64,000 nt of DNA from positions 23,932,001 to 23,996,000 of the forward strand of contig NC_043009.1 of NCBI RefSeq assembly GCF_006345805.1. Reading direction: 5' to 3'. The DNA is from Octopus sinensis (taxonomy: Eukaryota). This document shows positions 11,605 through 23,009 of this stretch, in pieces. Made by a program: the position numbers and the translations under genes. Under the pieces are notes generated by a model. The model was not told the DNA's origin and searched no databases. It was given only the letters and a program-made list of their open reading frames with translations. Numbering within the stretch: position 1 is the stretch's first letter; every line of letters begins with the position of its first letter.

Positions 11605-11812
11605 AATACTTGGTCGGAACGGACTTAAATATATTGTGAGTAAAACAGAATATCAAAGTAAGCGGAGTATTATAGAGGTGTTCATTTATAATAATGTAAT
11701 GCTTGCGCATTATTTTTGCTCAGCGCATATGTTTTCAATTTAATCTTTAGTGCATCTCGAAAATTATCATAGAAATAATTGCCATAAAGAAAAGAAAGTG
11801 TCGTAATTGTCT

Positions 11813-12101
11813 ACGAAGAGGCTGAGTGCATAACATACACTGAAAATATATATATTTTTTGCTTACTTTGATGCGAAATGTATAAGGAGTTGCAGAAAAA
11901 ATCATGACTTTGGATAAAAGAAAATAAAGGCGGATCAGTTAGTTATGATTTTATTCAACATATTCCCCTCTCAGATTTATACACTTACTGCAGCGGTCCT
12001 TCAGATTTTCAAAGCTCTGTAAAAGAACTCAGATGGTTGTACTTCCTACCAGGTATTTCGCTACACCCGTAAAGCCAGGAACTTTTCAGCACCCCACTCG
12101 T
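11813..12101. mobile_element. Probable Mariner-type MITE
   Basis: Ends TACGAAGAGGCTG... and ...TCAGCACCCCACTCGTA resemble TACGAGGGG-type mariner TIRs with TA ends; non-coding. Confidence 0.4.
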
Positions 12102-12318
12102 ACATGTATTTTGTTCTTCTATATACCCAGATATAATCGATGCACAAATCATGTAGTGACAAGAGTAGTTAATCAAATTGTTCGATAAATTAGAGAAGTG
12201 GACTTGGGTGGAAAAACAAATGAAGACTAGTCGGATTTCAATAAACGTGTCGTATTGTTTGATGAATTTGAAACTTGTATGACAAGGACAGATTCTTCAG
12301 TATGACATAAAGCTATAT

Positions 12319-12558
12319 ATCCTATTTATTTCTTTACTACCCAAAAGGGGCTAAACACAGAGGAGACAAACAAGGACAGACAAACGGATTAAGTCGATTA
12401 CATCGACCCCAGTGCGTAACTGGTACATAATTTATCGACCCCGAAAGGATGAAAGGCAAAGTCGACCTCGGCGTAATTTGAACTTAGAACGTAACGGCAG
12501 ACGAACTACGGCTACGCATTTTGCCCGGCGTGCTAACGTTTCTGCCACCTCGCCACCT
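12319..12558 (-). mobile_element. tRNA-derived SINE family 2
   Basis: Head GGCGAGGTGGCAGAAACG...GTTCAAATTAC; 11-bp TSD TAAAGCTATAT at 12308..12318 and 12559..12569. Confidence 0.8.
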
Positions 12559-13091
12559 TAAAGCTATATTACCTATTGAGAGTCTGGTGTCTGCTCCTTT
12601 CTCTTGTGCAACCAATCTTCTTTCAGATACCTTCCTCAAGAATCCCTAAACTTATTAGATTGAGTGATTAGTTATGTTACTCTTTCCAGACACTTGGTTT
12701 CAGTTTTCTTATCTCAAAATCCGTTACGGGATTTGCATGCGTGAGAAGATGGAATCTCCTGAATTTATACAACTGGCTTACAAGAGGATATAAGTTGTTG
12801 ATTCAATTGCAGCAAAGCAAATGCATGAGGAACAGCCATAAGTAGAAAAATTAAGGATAGGTTTTCAATGGTTTCTTAATACGTTTCCGAAAACACTAAT
12901 TGAAAATTTAGAACAGAAAAAATATCAACATGGAAAACAAAATGCTTTGAAATATTTAACCACTAAGGGTGGGTGTTACTGTTGCTTGTAGCCCCAGGAG
13001 ATCCTCGTTTCCAGCTGGCTTTAGGCACCCTCTGTGCACTTATGGTACTTGCAAAGGGAGGTCATCCCTCTCTCGTCAACCTAAGTGATAC

Positions 13092-13134
13092 GCACGGACT
13101 GCAGTTTCTATGTATTTGCCTGTCTTCAGCGTAC
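13092..13134 (-). ncRNA. Hammerhead motif in the inverted terminal repeat of LINE 1
   Basis: GTACG-CTGAAGA-CAGG-caaata-CATA-GAAA-CTGCAG-TC-CGTGC: GUC triplet and palindromic stem III; stem II has two mismatches in this copy. Confidence 0.7.
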
Positions 13135-13673
13135 GGCAATCACCGGTTTTCGATGAAGGGGGACCGTATACTATAAGGGCAGAGAAAGTGTGCCTAAAGC
13201 CAGCTGGAGACGATGATCTCCTGGGGCTACAAGCAACAGTAACACCCACCCTTAGTGGTTAGCCATATTGAGATGGCTAGTATACCTTACATTGTCGTGC
13301 AGTTACTGTTTACATCTCGTTCAGGGATTTATTATTGCTTGCAGACAGTTTTTCGAAATCAGTCACGAAAAGTTACTGGAAAAACTATATATAAAGATTT
13401 GCAAACGGTCTCCCTTCATCGAAAACCGCTGTTTTGACTCGTCTAGGGAACCCTCTTTCATCTGCGTATTGAGAAGTTAGCTGCCTATTTTGTTGAGTGA
13501 GTTCGTTTTTCGTTCGTCGTTGTTTGTGTTTGCTCGTCAATTGAACAGTTGTCCGTTGTGTGACAGTAATTTTCGCCCTACGGGGCTGAAAATTCTGTGT
13601 ATAAACATTGTTATTACCTTCGGGGTAATTTTTTTTTCTTTTTTCTGAAAAATTGGTTCTCATAATTTGAGAA

Positions 13674-15060
13674 ATGGAGTTCGACTTGGCGTCGAGGAGC
13701 GACTTTCCCGTGATGGGAAAAGGCGAACAGAAGGATATCGAGGTTAGAAAACAGTCTTTTTCGGCCGCAGTGGGCGGAACCGTAACGGAAGTGGCATTCA
13801 AAATGAAACAGTTGTTCGAATACCGGAACTTGGTCAAAAAGGAAAGCAACGAAATAAAACTGGTACCGCCACAAGCGATATTACAGGAAATAAAGGCCAA
13901 GACAGTCGTGTACAAGGTTTACAGTAACAAAGAAAAAAATAATGGACGTGAAGAACGAAATAGTAGAGAAGTGCTTGTTCCCGGTGTGGAGCAAAATTCG
14001 CTACGTCGGTCGAGGTGCTCGCAGCGCTACCGTTGAAGCACATTTCAACTCGGCTGATGTGGCAAGAGAGATTTCATCGATGACCTTAAAAAGTGAGGAC
14101 ATCATGTTACTACCTACCTATATGGGCAAAAGAACTGCGAAACTATATGTGGAAGACATACCAAGAGGATATGATATAATGTGGGTAGCAGTGGCGGTTC
14201 TGCACGACGTAGAGCAGAAAGTCTCAATTCTGCAGATGAAAAGGAAAGAGGAGGTAAATTGGAAGGGACAAGCGCTCGAACTCCTCGTTCAAGCAGAAAA
14301 TAATGTGCTAGAAAACTTACCCGATAGGGTATTTATTGAGGAGGGAATTTCAATGAGAGTGTCAGTGGAGGGGCGCAGACCTAGGTGTTTCAAATGTGGT
14401 GAAAAGGGTCACGTCCGCTCGAACTGCATAAAAAAAAGAAAAACAGCGAAGCCCCTCCTCAAAGTGCTTCAAACACAGAAAAAGAAAAGGCGGAAAAAGA
14501 CCCCAAGACTGCGACAAGGAAGGGAATCGAAACGGAAGATAAAAATGAACAAATGGAATTTACACAGGTGATACACAAAAGAAAAAAAGAAAATACCCTG
14601 GACTCCCCTCCCCAAACAAAGAAAAAATCAGCAAACACCGCAGAGATACATACAAAACAAATTCCCTAGCCCTACCCCCACGGCACTGTATTTATTGGAA
14701 CACAGTTTGCCAAGCCCCTCCCCATAAAACAAGATTGGAAAAAATTGATTAAAAAAAATGAAAAGATTGTGGCATTCGACGAGAGGAACGATAGAGTGTT
14801 TAAGTATTTAAAATTTTCAAAACTGAAATTATTCAGTAAGTCTGCAGACACTAAGTCGACCACTCGTTTTGCAAAAATAAAGGAAGACGAGTGGAAGGAA
14901 AAAACACTCCAAGAACATTTAAAAAATAACCTTATCAGAGACGTAACTAACGAAATACTGGAGGGCAAACTTACTATAACCCCGGCAACCACACCTACCT
15001 AGAGCCCGATGGCAACGCCGGTTAAGAGCCCTGCAGCTACGACCACAAGGGAGGAAGAAG
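13674..15060 (+). pseudogene. LINE 1 ORF1 (frameshifted), CCHC zinc-knuckle protein
   Basis: ORF pieces 13674..14036, 13942..14571 and 14745..15002; RCFKCGEKGHVRSNC; homologous to 39916..41437(-). Confidence 0.8.
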
Positions 15061-15135
15061 GGGAAGCATGCAGATTTAAACTGTAATGCTCCCTGTCCCA
15101 ACCGTAAGTTTATTTTTTTTTCTCTCTCTCCGACA

Positions 15136-18100
15136 ATGGCAAAGCTGGGTTGTGTGAATGTGCGTGGAATGGGGTCGAAATGGAAACAAATTTGTCTCCT
15201 GAACGACCTCACGACACACGGAGTGGACGTAGCTATTGTAACCGAGTCCAAGATGAACGGGGCCCAAGCGTTCTCGCCTCTTCTAAATGGTTTCGAGAAA
15301 TTTATTTTTCCTAGCCGAGGAGGAGGAAGGGGCGTGGCAGTCCTTATCAGGAAGAGCTTGGACTTGCAGGTAAGTACTGTCTTTCTGGACCCAGAAGGCA
15401 GGCTGGTCGTTCTGGATGTGACCCACGTAAGTAAACAGTCCTTCTGGTTGATAGCTGTCTACGCTCCGAATGAGTGTAGGCAGTCGGGTTTTTTTCGGAA
15501 TCTAGAGCACTTTTTAGTGACGTCGAAAACGGTAGTCTTAGTAGGGGACTTTAACACTGTCCTCGAAGCGCGGGTCGACAGTGTCGGTTCAACCAATAGG
15601 AAGGGGAACCCTAGCCTCAAGGGTCTACTAGAGAGCTTTAATCTAGTAGACCGTTATCGACTGGATGAGCCGAGCGTTCCACAGTGGACGTGGAGTAACA
15701 AAGACGGCTCACGCAGATCGTATATAGATAGGATATTCGTTAGGAAATGAGATAAGGATACGTTTAGTTGTCCACAGTTTCACATTGTGCCTTACACGGA
15801 TCACAAATTTGTGACTTGTAGGGTGCAATTAGATAAGTGTCATAGACAGGGACCCGGGTACTGGAAGCTGAACAAGTCTATTTTGAATTGTGAAGACTTC
15901 CGTACCCGGATTAAGGTGTTAGTACAGAGGGCATTATGTGGCACCATCATTAACAATAGATGGTGGCACCCCCTCAAAAGAGCCATTCGTTCAGAGTCCA
16001 TTAGATTTAGCAATCAGCTAAGGTTAGATAGGTCTAGGACGACTTAGTTAAGAATCTAAACGAGGCAATGGAATCTGGCTCTGCATCCAGAGTGATGGCG
16101 GCAAGGACGGTAGTGTACCGTCACCTTAACTCCAAACACGAAGGTTGCAGAGTTAGAGCTAAGCTACGCGCAGTGAAACGAGAAGGTATTAACGTTGCCG
16201 GATGGGCCCGTCGAGTGGAGAGTCAGAGAGGTAACAAAGCTTCAATCAAGTCTTTAACTGACGAACAGGGACACAAGATCTATGGACAGGAGGAGATGCA
16301 AAAGTTTCTTCACCAGCATTTCGCCCGCGCGTTCGAGGGTGGTGGTTCGCTGGAGCGGGGGAGGGCCTTAAAGGACTTCCTAGCCGGTGGACCGCGGCTC
16401 TCGGGGCGTGAGGGGGAGTGCTGTGAAGGAGCGATCACTCCCGCGGAGATAGATGGGGTACTGGCCGGATGCGCCGGGGAGAAGTCGCCGGGGTTGGATG
16501 GTCTGCCCTACGAGTTTTATCAAAGTATGCCGGACTTGTTCGGGGGAATACTGGCAGGCGTCTACGCGAACTGGCAGCAGAACAGGAGAATTCCCAGTTC
16601 TGTAAGCCAGGGAGTGGTGACGCTAATCCAGAAAGACCCGAGCAAGGGGGATAACATTAGTAATTACAGGCTCATAACTCTACTTAATGTAGAGTTAAAG
16701 ATTTTGGCCAAGGTGTTGGCAAAAAGGTTGACGACTGTCGTGGAGAAACTTGTAGGGAAAGCACAGACATGTGCAATTCCAGGCAGGTCGATCCAGAACA
16801 ATCTTCACCTTATACGCTACACCTCAGATAGGGTGGGTAAATTAACCGGCAAGGGCGTGGTAATGGTCCATTTAGACCAAAGTAAAGCGTTCTATAGGGT
16901 AGACCATAAGTACCTGGCGACGGTCCTCGAAGCGGCTGGACTGGGCCCTGAATTTCGCGGGTGGATCTCCGCTATGTATAGCGGCATCAAGTCCACCGTC
17001 CAGATAAACGGTTACCTAACGGAACCGTTTTCGATCGAACGTTCAGTTCGTCAAAGGTGCCCCTTGTCACCACTTTTGTACGTGTTGGCTCTCGAGCCAT
17101 TGCTGCGAAAGTTGGAGAGGCTGGAAAGTAACCCGGATGAGATCGGAGGCGGGAGGACGGTTTCTGCTTATGCGGATGATGTCACCCTCATCGTGTCCAA
17201 TGAGGCTCAGCTACCTTGTGTAGAAGATGCTATCAGAGGATACGAGGCGGTGGCAGGAGCAAAAGTTAACAAGGACAAGTCGATTGGCTTACGCCTCGGC
17301 ACCTGGAGGAGCAAGTCGATATCGTCCAGTGCCGTGGGACACTGGACAGATGGTCCTCTTAAGTTGCTAGGAGTTTGGTTTGGGCCAGACTCCCAAACGG
17401 AGAGGAATTGGAGTGAGGTGACGGACAAGGTGGAGGCCATAGTACGGACCTGGTCCGGAAGGTTTCTGTCCTTGAAAGGAAGGGCGGAGGTGGTACAGAT
17501 GTTCATTGCATCTGTAATCACTTACCGCCTGACCGTTGTCCCTTGCCCCGATTCATGGCTTAGCAAGTTGGAGCGAATCCTTTTCCGCTTTTTGTGGAAG
17601 GGAGGAAGCCACTGGTGAGGCGCTCCGTTTGCTGCCAGGAACCGTTAAAGGGTGGGTTAGGAATGCCTTGGTTGATGATGCGCAGACATGCGTTGAGGCT
17701 GAATCATCTCTGGCACCACCTGGAGGGTGATAAGGTGTGGAGTCCGCTGGCAAGGGAATTTTTCCCGAGACCGGCTTCCTTAGTGAATTTTAAACCCGGT
17801 TGCATCAAAAGACGGAATCTGACTTTATGGCAAAGGGAGTGCCGACAGGCACTCACGCTGATCCACAAGGCGGGCAAGGCCGGCTGCGGAAATATCACCT
17901 CGGTATTTTATAGCAGGCTGGTAGAGGCAAAGAACGACGACGTCCTAGGAGGGGCTCTGGGGTTCGACGAAGACCAGCTTACCAACCTGTTTAAAAAGAC
18001 TTTCAGGACGGGGTATTTGGATAATTTCCAAAGATCCCTGGCCTGGCAGTGTTATATATTTCTTTACTGCCCACAAGGGGCTAAACATAGAGGGGACAAA

Positions 18101-18770
18101 CAAGGACAGACAAAGCGATTAAGTCGATTAAATCGACCCCAGTGCGAAACTGGTACTTTATTTATTGACCTCGAAAGGATGAAAGGCAAAGTCGACCTCG
18201 GCGGAATTTGAACTGAGAACGTAACGGCAGACGAACTACGACTACGCATTTCGCCCGGCGTGCTAACGTTTCTGCCAGCTCGCCGCCTGGCAGTGTTATA
18301 GGAATGCTTTACTTGTTCGCGAGAAGTTATCGCGGCACGGAATTTCAGTGCCACCGACATGTCCAAGATGCGGATTGGACGATGAAACCGTCCAGCACGC
18401 TTTTGTACACTGTCGGCAGTTGTCAGACTTGATAAGTTACGCAGAACACGTGTTATCGCATCTGGGACGAGTACAGCTGTCGGCTGAGTCTATGATTAAG
18501 ATGATACCGCCAACTGGACTCTCGAAGGAAGGTGAGGCATGTTTTCACTGCACGGTTGCCGTAATAAAAGAATGCATGTGGCGTACAAGAACGGAAGGAG
18601 TCGCAATAGGATCCTTTGTCTCAGGCCCCGGCTTGCTCACTTACTTCCATATATCATCTGAAGAGCAAAATGGGGCTGGAAAAGAAGACCTTACCACGAG
18701 GTGTGTATGAAAAAAGATGGAAGGAAGTGGCGAAAAAGGTGGGTGTCAGAAACCCAGTTTAACTATGGAT
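15136..18770 (+). pseudogene. LINE 1 ORF2 (APE, RT, zf-RVT), interrupted
   Basis: NVRG, GDFN and DHK (APE); AYADD (RT); CPRCGLDDETVQHAFVHC; stop at 15750, several frameshifts and a SINE insertion at 18057..18284. Confidence 0.9.
18057..18284 (-). mobile_element. SINE family 2 inserted in LINE 1 ORF2
   Basis: Perfect 16-bp TSD GCCTGGCAGTGTTATA at 18041..18056 and 18285..18300. Confidence 0.9.
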
Positions 18771-19033
18771 GGAGAAGAGGAAAGGAAAGCTGTGGGGCCT
18801 TATAGGTTGCCGGGGTTTAAAATATATCGGTAAGATTTCAATCTAATGTAATGTTATATTAGTCAATGCAAAGGACAATTTAAATACAGTTTTTTGTATA
18901 ATGAATAATCCATCTTTTTTGGAAATTTTCAAACGAACCACTTAACTGTTTTTTCTATGTATGTCCTGTATTGTTCTTCTAAGTACTGATTTTATAATCA
19001 TAATAAAGAATTAATCGAAAACCGGTGATTGCC

Positions 19034-19076
19034 GTACGCTGAAGATAGGCAAATACCTAGAAACTGCAGATCGTGC
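19034..19076 (+). ncRNA. Hammerhead motif in the 3' terminal repeat of LINE 1
   Basis: GTACG-CTGAAGA-TAGG-caaata-CCTA-GAAA-CTGCAG-AT-CGTGC: perfect stem II, but the cleavage site is mutated in this copy. Confidence 0.7.
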
Positions 19077-19281
19077 TTATCACTTTGGTTGACGAGAGAG
19101 GGATGACCTCCCTTTGCAAATACCATAAGTGCACAGAAAGTGTGCCTAACGCCAGCTGGAGACGATGATCTCCTGGGGCTACAAGCTACAGTAACACCCA
19201 CCCTTAGTGGTTAGCCATATTGTGATGGCTAGTATACCCTACATTGTCGTGCAGTTACTGTTTACATCTCGTTCAGAGATT

Positions 19282-19328
<47 letters not shown>

Positions 19329-19673
19329 ATTTTCTTGACTCCAAAGAGTCAAAACTTGTACTTGAATCATGCTTCATGTTATCGAACTCGAAAAGACGGA
19401 AAGCAAAATTGACTTCAGCGTTATTTGAACTCATGATATTAAGAAACACACCGTGAAGATATGCTGTAAACCAAAGTGTTTTGTATTTCGGATCGTTATG
19501 GTAAGTTTTCAAGTAGTTACTTCTTGAGGAAATATCATATCTAATCATTAATTAGTAACCTATCCTAAACTTGAATACAATAAACTGTTTGTTTTGACGT
19601 TCCCTTTCTTATTGCTTTCTTTTAATTGGCTCATCTTAGAAACAACAACTTATATCCTGATCATGGTGAATCT

Positions 19674-19681
19674 TATAAATA
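19674..19681 (+). promoter_or_regulatory. TATA box of gene B
   Basis: TATAAATA within a block nearly identical to the gene A promoter. Confidence 0.55.
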
Positions 19682-19802
19682 CAGAAAATTCCGTCGGGTT
19701 GTTGTCAATTCACTTCCATTTTGCCGTAATTTCTTTCTCATTAGCGAACGATCTCGTGTCGAATTTTGAGCAGAGAAGAAAAAAATTAAGACCAACGCCA
19801 TA

Positions 19803-19899
19803 ATGAAGATGAATACAGTCTTTTACTTAGCCTTGATAGCCCTGATGTTCGGTCTGGGGACATGTGCTGTGGTGAATATGGAACCGAAGATAAATGAAG
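19803..19899 (+). CDS. Gene B exon 1, signal peptide (233 aa spliced)
   Basis: [36 protein letters not shown]|gtaag; joins 25542..25727, 28685..28768 and 30383..30717 into a 702-nt stop-free ORF. Confidence 0.82.
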
Positions 19900-19941
19900 G
19901 TAAGCACTCCTTTAGTCCAGTACAGCATAGATCATATACGA

Positions 19942-20013
<72 letters not shown>

Positions 20014-20214
20014 CATATTCACACATACATATCTATGTGCATGCTTATATATATATACATATACATACACATTTATATATACACAAACATCTGAGTGTAT
20101 ATCTATATCTATCTATCTCTCTCTCTCTCTATATATATATATATGTATATATATATACACATGTATATATACATAAACATATATATATATATATACATAT
20201 ATATAGATATATAT

Positions 20215-21430
20215 ATATAATTAATCAATATAGGGAGGCAAAAAAATTTTGTAGAATTCTTTTGCCCCCAGCGGCCTAGTGGGAAAAAATTAAATAGTCA
20301 TAAACCATTTTTAAGTTCAATATCACAATCAAGGAACGGCCATAATAGGCCATTCACCCACTAGAAATAACAGCCAAAAAGCTTCAACCGCAAAATAACA
20401 TTAATTCTGTAAACCAGGAGAAAATTAAAAAAACATTTACCCTGAAATTCCTTATACGATGCACCGTTTCGTCTACTGTTTAATGGTAAACTAACCTGAT
20501 TAAATTAAATCAAGCCAATCTACCATAGGCCCTTAGATTCATCAGTAAGGAATAGCCAAATCGGAACAGATATTTTCACGAGGCATTCACGTCCATGCCT
20601 CGCCAATATCTGACCTAAAATTTTCAAATCGTCGCACTCGCGCCAAATTTATCGGCAGCAAATAAATATAAGCCGCCGATTCCATTACGGAACTAACCAG
20701 AAAATTCATAATTAATCAATATAGGGAGGCAAAAAAATTTTGTAGAATTCTTTTGCCCCCAGCGGCCTAGTGGAAAAAATTAAATAGTCATAAACCATTT
20801 TTAAGTTCAATATCACAATCAAGGAACGGCCATAATAGGCCATTCACCCACTAGAAATAACAGCCAAAAAGCTTCAACCGCAAAATAACATTAATTCTGT
20901 AAACCAGGAGAAAATTAAAAAAACATTTACCCTGAAATTCCTTATACGATGCACCGTTTCGTCTACTGTTTAATGGTAAACTAACCTGATTAAATTAAAT
21001 CAAGCCAATCTACCATAGATTTTTTTTGCCTCCCTATATTGATTAATTATGAATTTTCTGGTTAGTTCCGTAATGGAATCGGCGGCTTATATTTATTTGC
21101 TGCCGATAAATTTGGCGCGAGTGCGACGATTTGAAAATTTTAGGTCAGATATTGGCGAGGCATGGACGTGAATGCCTCGTGAAAAATATCTGTTCCGATT
21201 TGGCTATTCCTTACTGATGAATCTAAGGGCCTATGGTAGATTGGCTTGATTTAATTTAATCAGGTTAGTTTACCATTAAACAGTAGACGAAACGGTGCAT
21301 CGTATAAGGAATTTCAGGGTAAATGTTTTTTTATTTTCTCCTGGTTTACAGAATTAATGTTATTTTGCGGTTGAAGCTTTTTGGCTGTTATTTCTAGTGG
21401 GTGAATGGCCTATTATGGCCGTTCCTTGAT
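20215..21430 (-). mobile_element. Non-coding 494-bp tandem unit with hammerhead plus inverted 5' segment (retrozyme or non-autonomous PLE-like)
   Basis: 20215..20525 is repeated at 20709..21017; about 21020..21430 is the reverse complement of about 20320..20740; no ORF; hammerheads at 20447..20553(-) and 21206..21312(+). Confidence 0.8.
21206..21312 (+). ncRNA. Type I hammerhead with long stem II insert
   Basis: ATTCCTTA-CTGATGA-A-TCTA...TAGA-C-GAAA-CGGTGCATCG-TA-TAAGGAAT: 8-bp stem I, GUA triplet. Confidence 0.72.
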
Positions 21431-21789
21431 TGTGATATATATATATATATAATATATATATATATATTATATATGCACACACACAAACACACACACATAT
21501 TATTGTGTCTGGAGAGGATTATTTTACACACTCACCGGTTCGATTTCCTTTCATTTACTAACTTATTTTTTGTAACATTTTCCTTGCATCTTGCAAGGCG
21601 TAATGAAAATTTTAGAAAAGATAAATAAGCAAATGAATAGAAATCGAACCGGCGAGAGTGTTAAATGATAAGGAACTAAAAGAGATTGATCCCCTCCAGA
21701 CACAATTAAATATGCTTCAACACACGAATTCACATAAAGAATCTTGCGAACCAAATACAAAAAGAATATACATATGTATACATTTTATT

Positions 21790-22178
21790 CTTTACTCTTT
21801 TACTCTTTTACTCGTTTCAGTCATTTGACTGAGGCCATGCTGGAGCACTGCCTGTAGTCGAGCAAATCTTCAAGACTTACTCTTTGTAAGCTTAGTACTT
21901 ATTCTATCGGTCTGTCTTGCCGAACCGCTAATTGACGGGTCGTAAACACACTAGCATCGGTTGTCAAGCGACGTTGGGGGGACAAATACAGACACACAAA
22001 CACACACACACACATATATATATACGACGGGTTTCTTTCAGTTTCCGTCTACCAAATCCATTCTTAAGGCTTTCGTCGACCCGTTGTTATAATAGAAGAC
22101 ACTTGCGCAAGATGCTATGTAGAGAGACTGAACCCAGAACCATGTGGTTGCTAAGAAAGCTACTTACCACACAGCCAC
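21790..22178 (-). mobile_element. SINE family 1, same insertion as 2530..2893
   Basis: Same position in intron 1 and shared variants (GACTGAGGCC, CTAATTGACGGG). Confidence 0.8.
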
Positions 22179-22192
22179 TGCTGCTCCTATAC

Positions 22193-22311
<119 letters not shown>

Positions 22312-22322
22312 ATATACATATA

Positions 22323-22560
22323 TCATCGTCATCGTCGTTTAACGTCCACCTTCCATGTTGGCATGCGTGGGATGGCATGACTTCTGTGACTGTTTTGTCA
22401 GGATTTTTACAGATGGATGCCCTTCCTACCACCAACCACTCAGCAGAGTGCACTAAGTGCTTTTTACGTGGCACAAGTTGAGGAGAGGTAGGATTTGGCA
22501 AGGGTTTTTACAACTGGATGTCCCTTCCAAATGCCGACCGCTTTATAGTGTGAAGTGGAT
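22323..22560 (-). mobile_element. RTE-tail repeat ending in (ATG/ACG)n
   Basis: GGAAGGTGGACGTTAAACGACGATGACGATG tail; same family as 31760..32102. Confidence 0.65.
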
Positions 22561-22652
22561 ACTTTTTAAGTGGCACTTGCAAGGCGAAAAAGTAACCTTT
22601 TGAGAATGGAGGAGGCGAACATGTGTCAGATGATAAAAGGTTATAGTGAGAG

Positions 22653-22748
<96 letters not shown>

Positions 22749-22792
22749 AACAGATATCTTCTGGCTGTTGAGGAAGTAGAAGGTTACCCAGC

Positions 22793-22858
<66 letters not shown>

Positions 22859-23009
22859 TTTTGTTGCCAACAGAAGTAATAGCTCTCTAAACTACTCCAC
22901 CTTATTCTTAATCTAGAAACAATACATCTTAGAGCATCCTTCACCATTGCTAATTTGGTCTCTTAGGTAATAGAAAGTATCTATAGCCTCAAGAGAGCTT
23001 CAGTGGCAT

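Larger units (their letters stand above)
12957..19285 (+). mobile_element. L1/Tx1-type LINE 1 bounded by hammerhead-containing terminal repeats
   Basis: Order: inverted repeat 12957..13154, direct partial repeat 13173..13333, 5'UTR, ORF1, ORF2, 3'UTR, full repeat 19014..19285; (TA)n follows. Confidence 0.85.

Noticed and set aside
12957-13333. L1 twin-priming as the cause of the 5' inversion
   Set aside because: Twin priming gives essentially non-overlapping inverted segments of the element body. Here the inverted piece overlaps the direct piece by about 85 bp (about 145 bp in element 2) and derives from the 3' terminal repeat.
19085-19125. Possible second hammerhead (TTGACGA-GAGAGGGA...TCCCTTT-GCAAA) in the repeat
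   Set aside because: No GAAA, no stem I/III partner, and the core is not kept in element 2; treated only as a hairpin.
12957-19285. LTR retrotransposon or DIRS/Ngaro interpretation of the terminal repeats
   Set aside because: No integrase, protease, RNase H or tyrosine recombinase, and no TG...CA ends or PBS; ORF2 is APE plus non-LTR RT.
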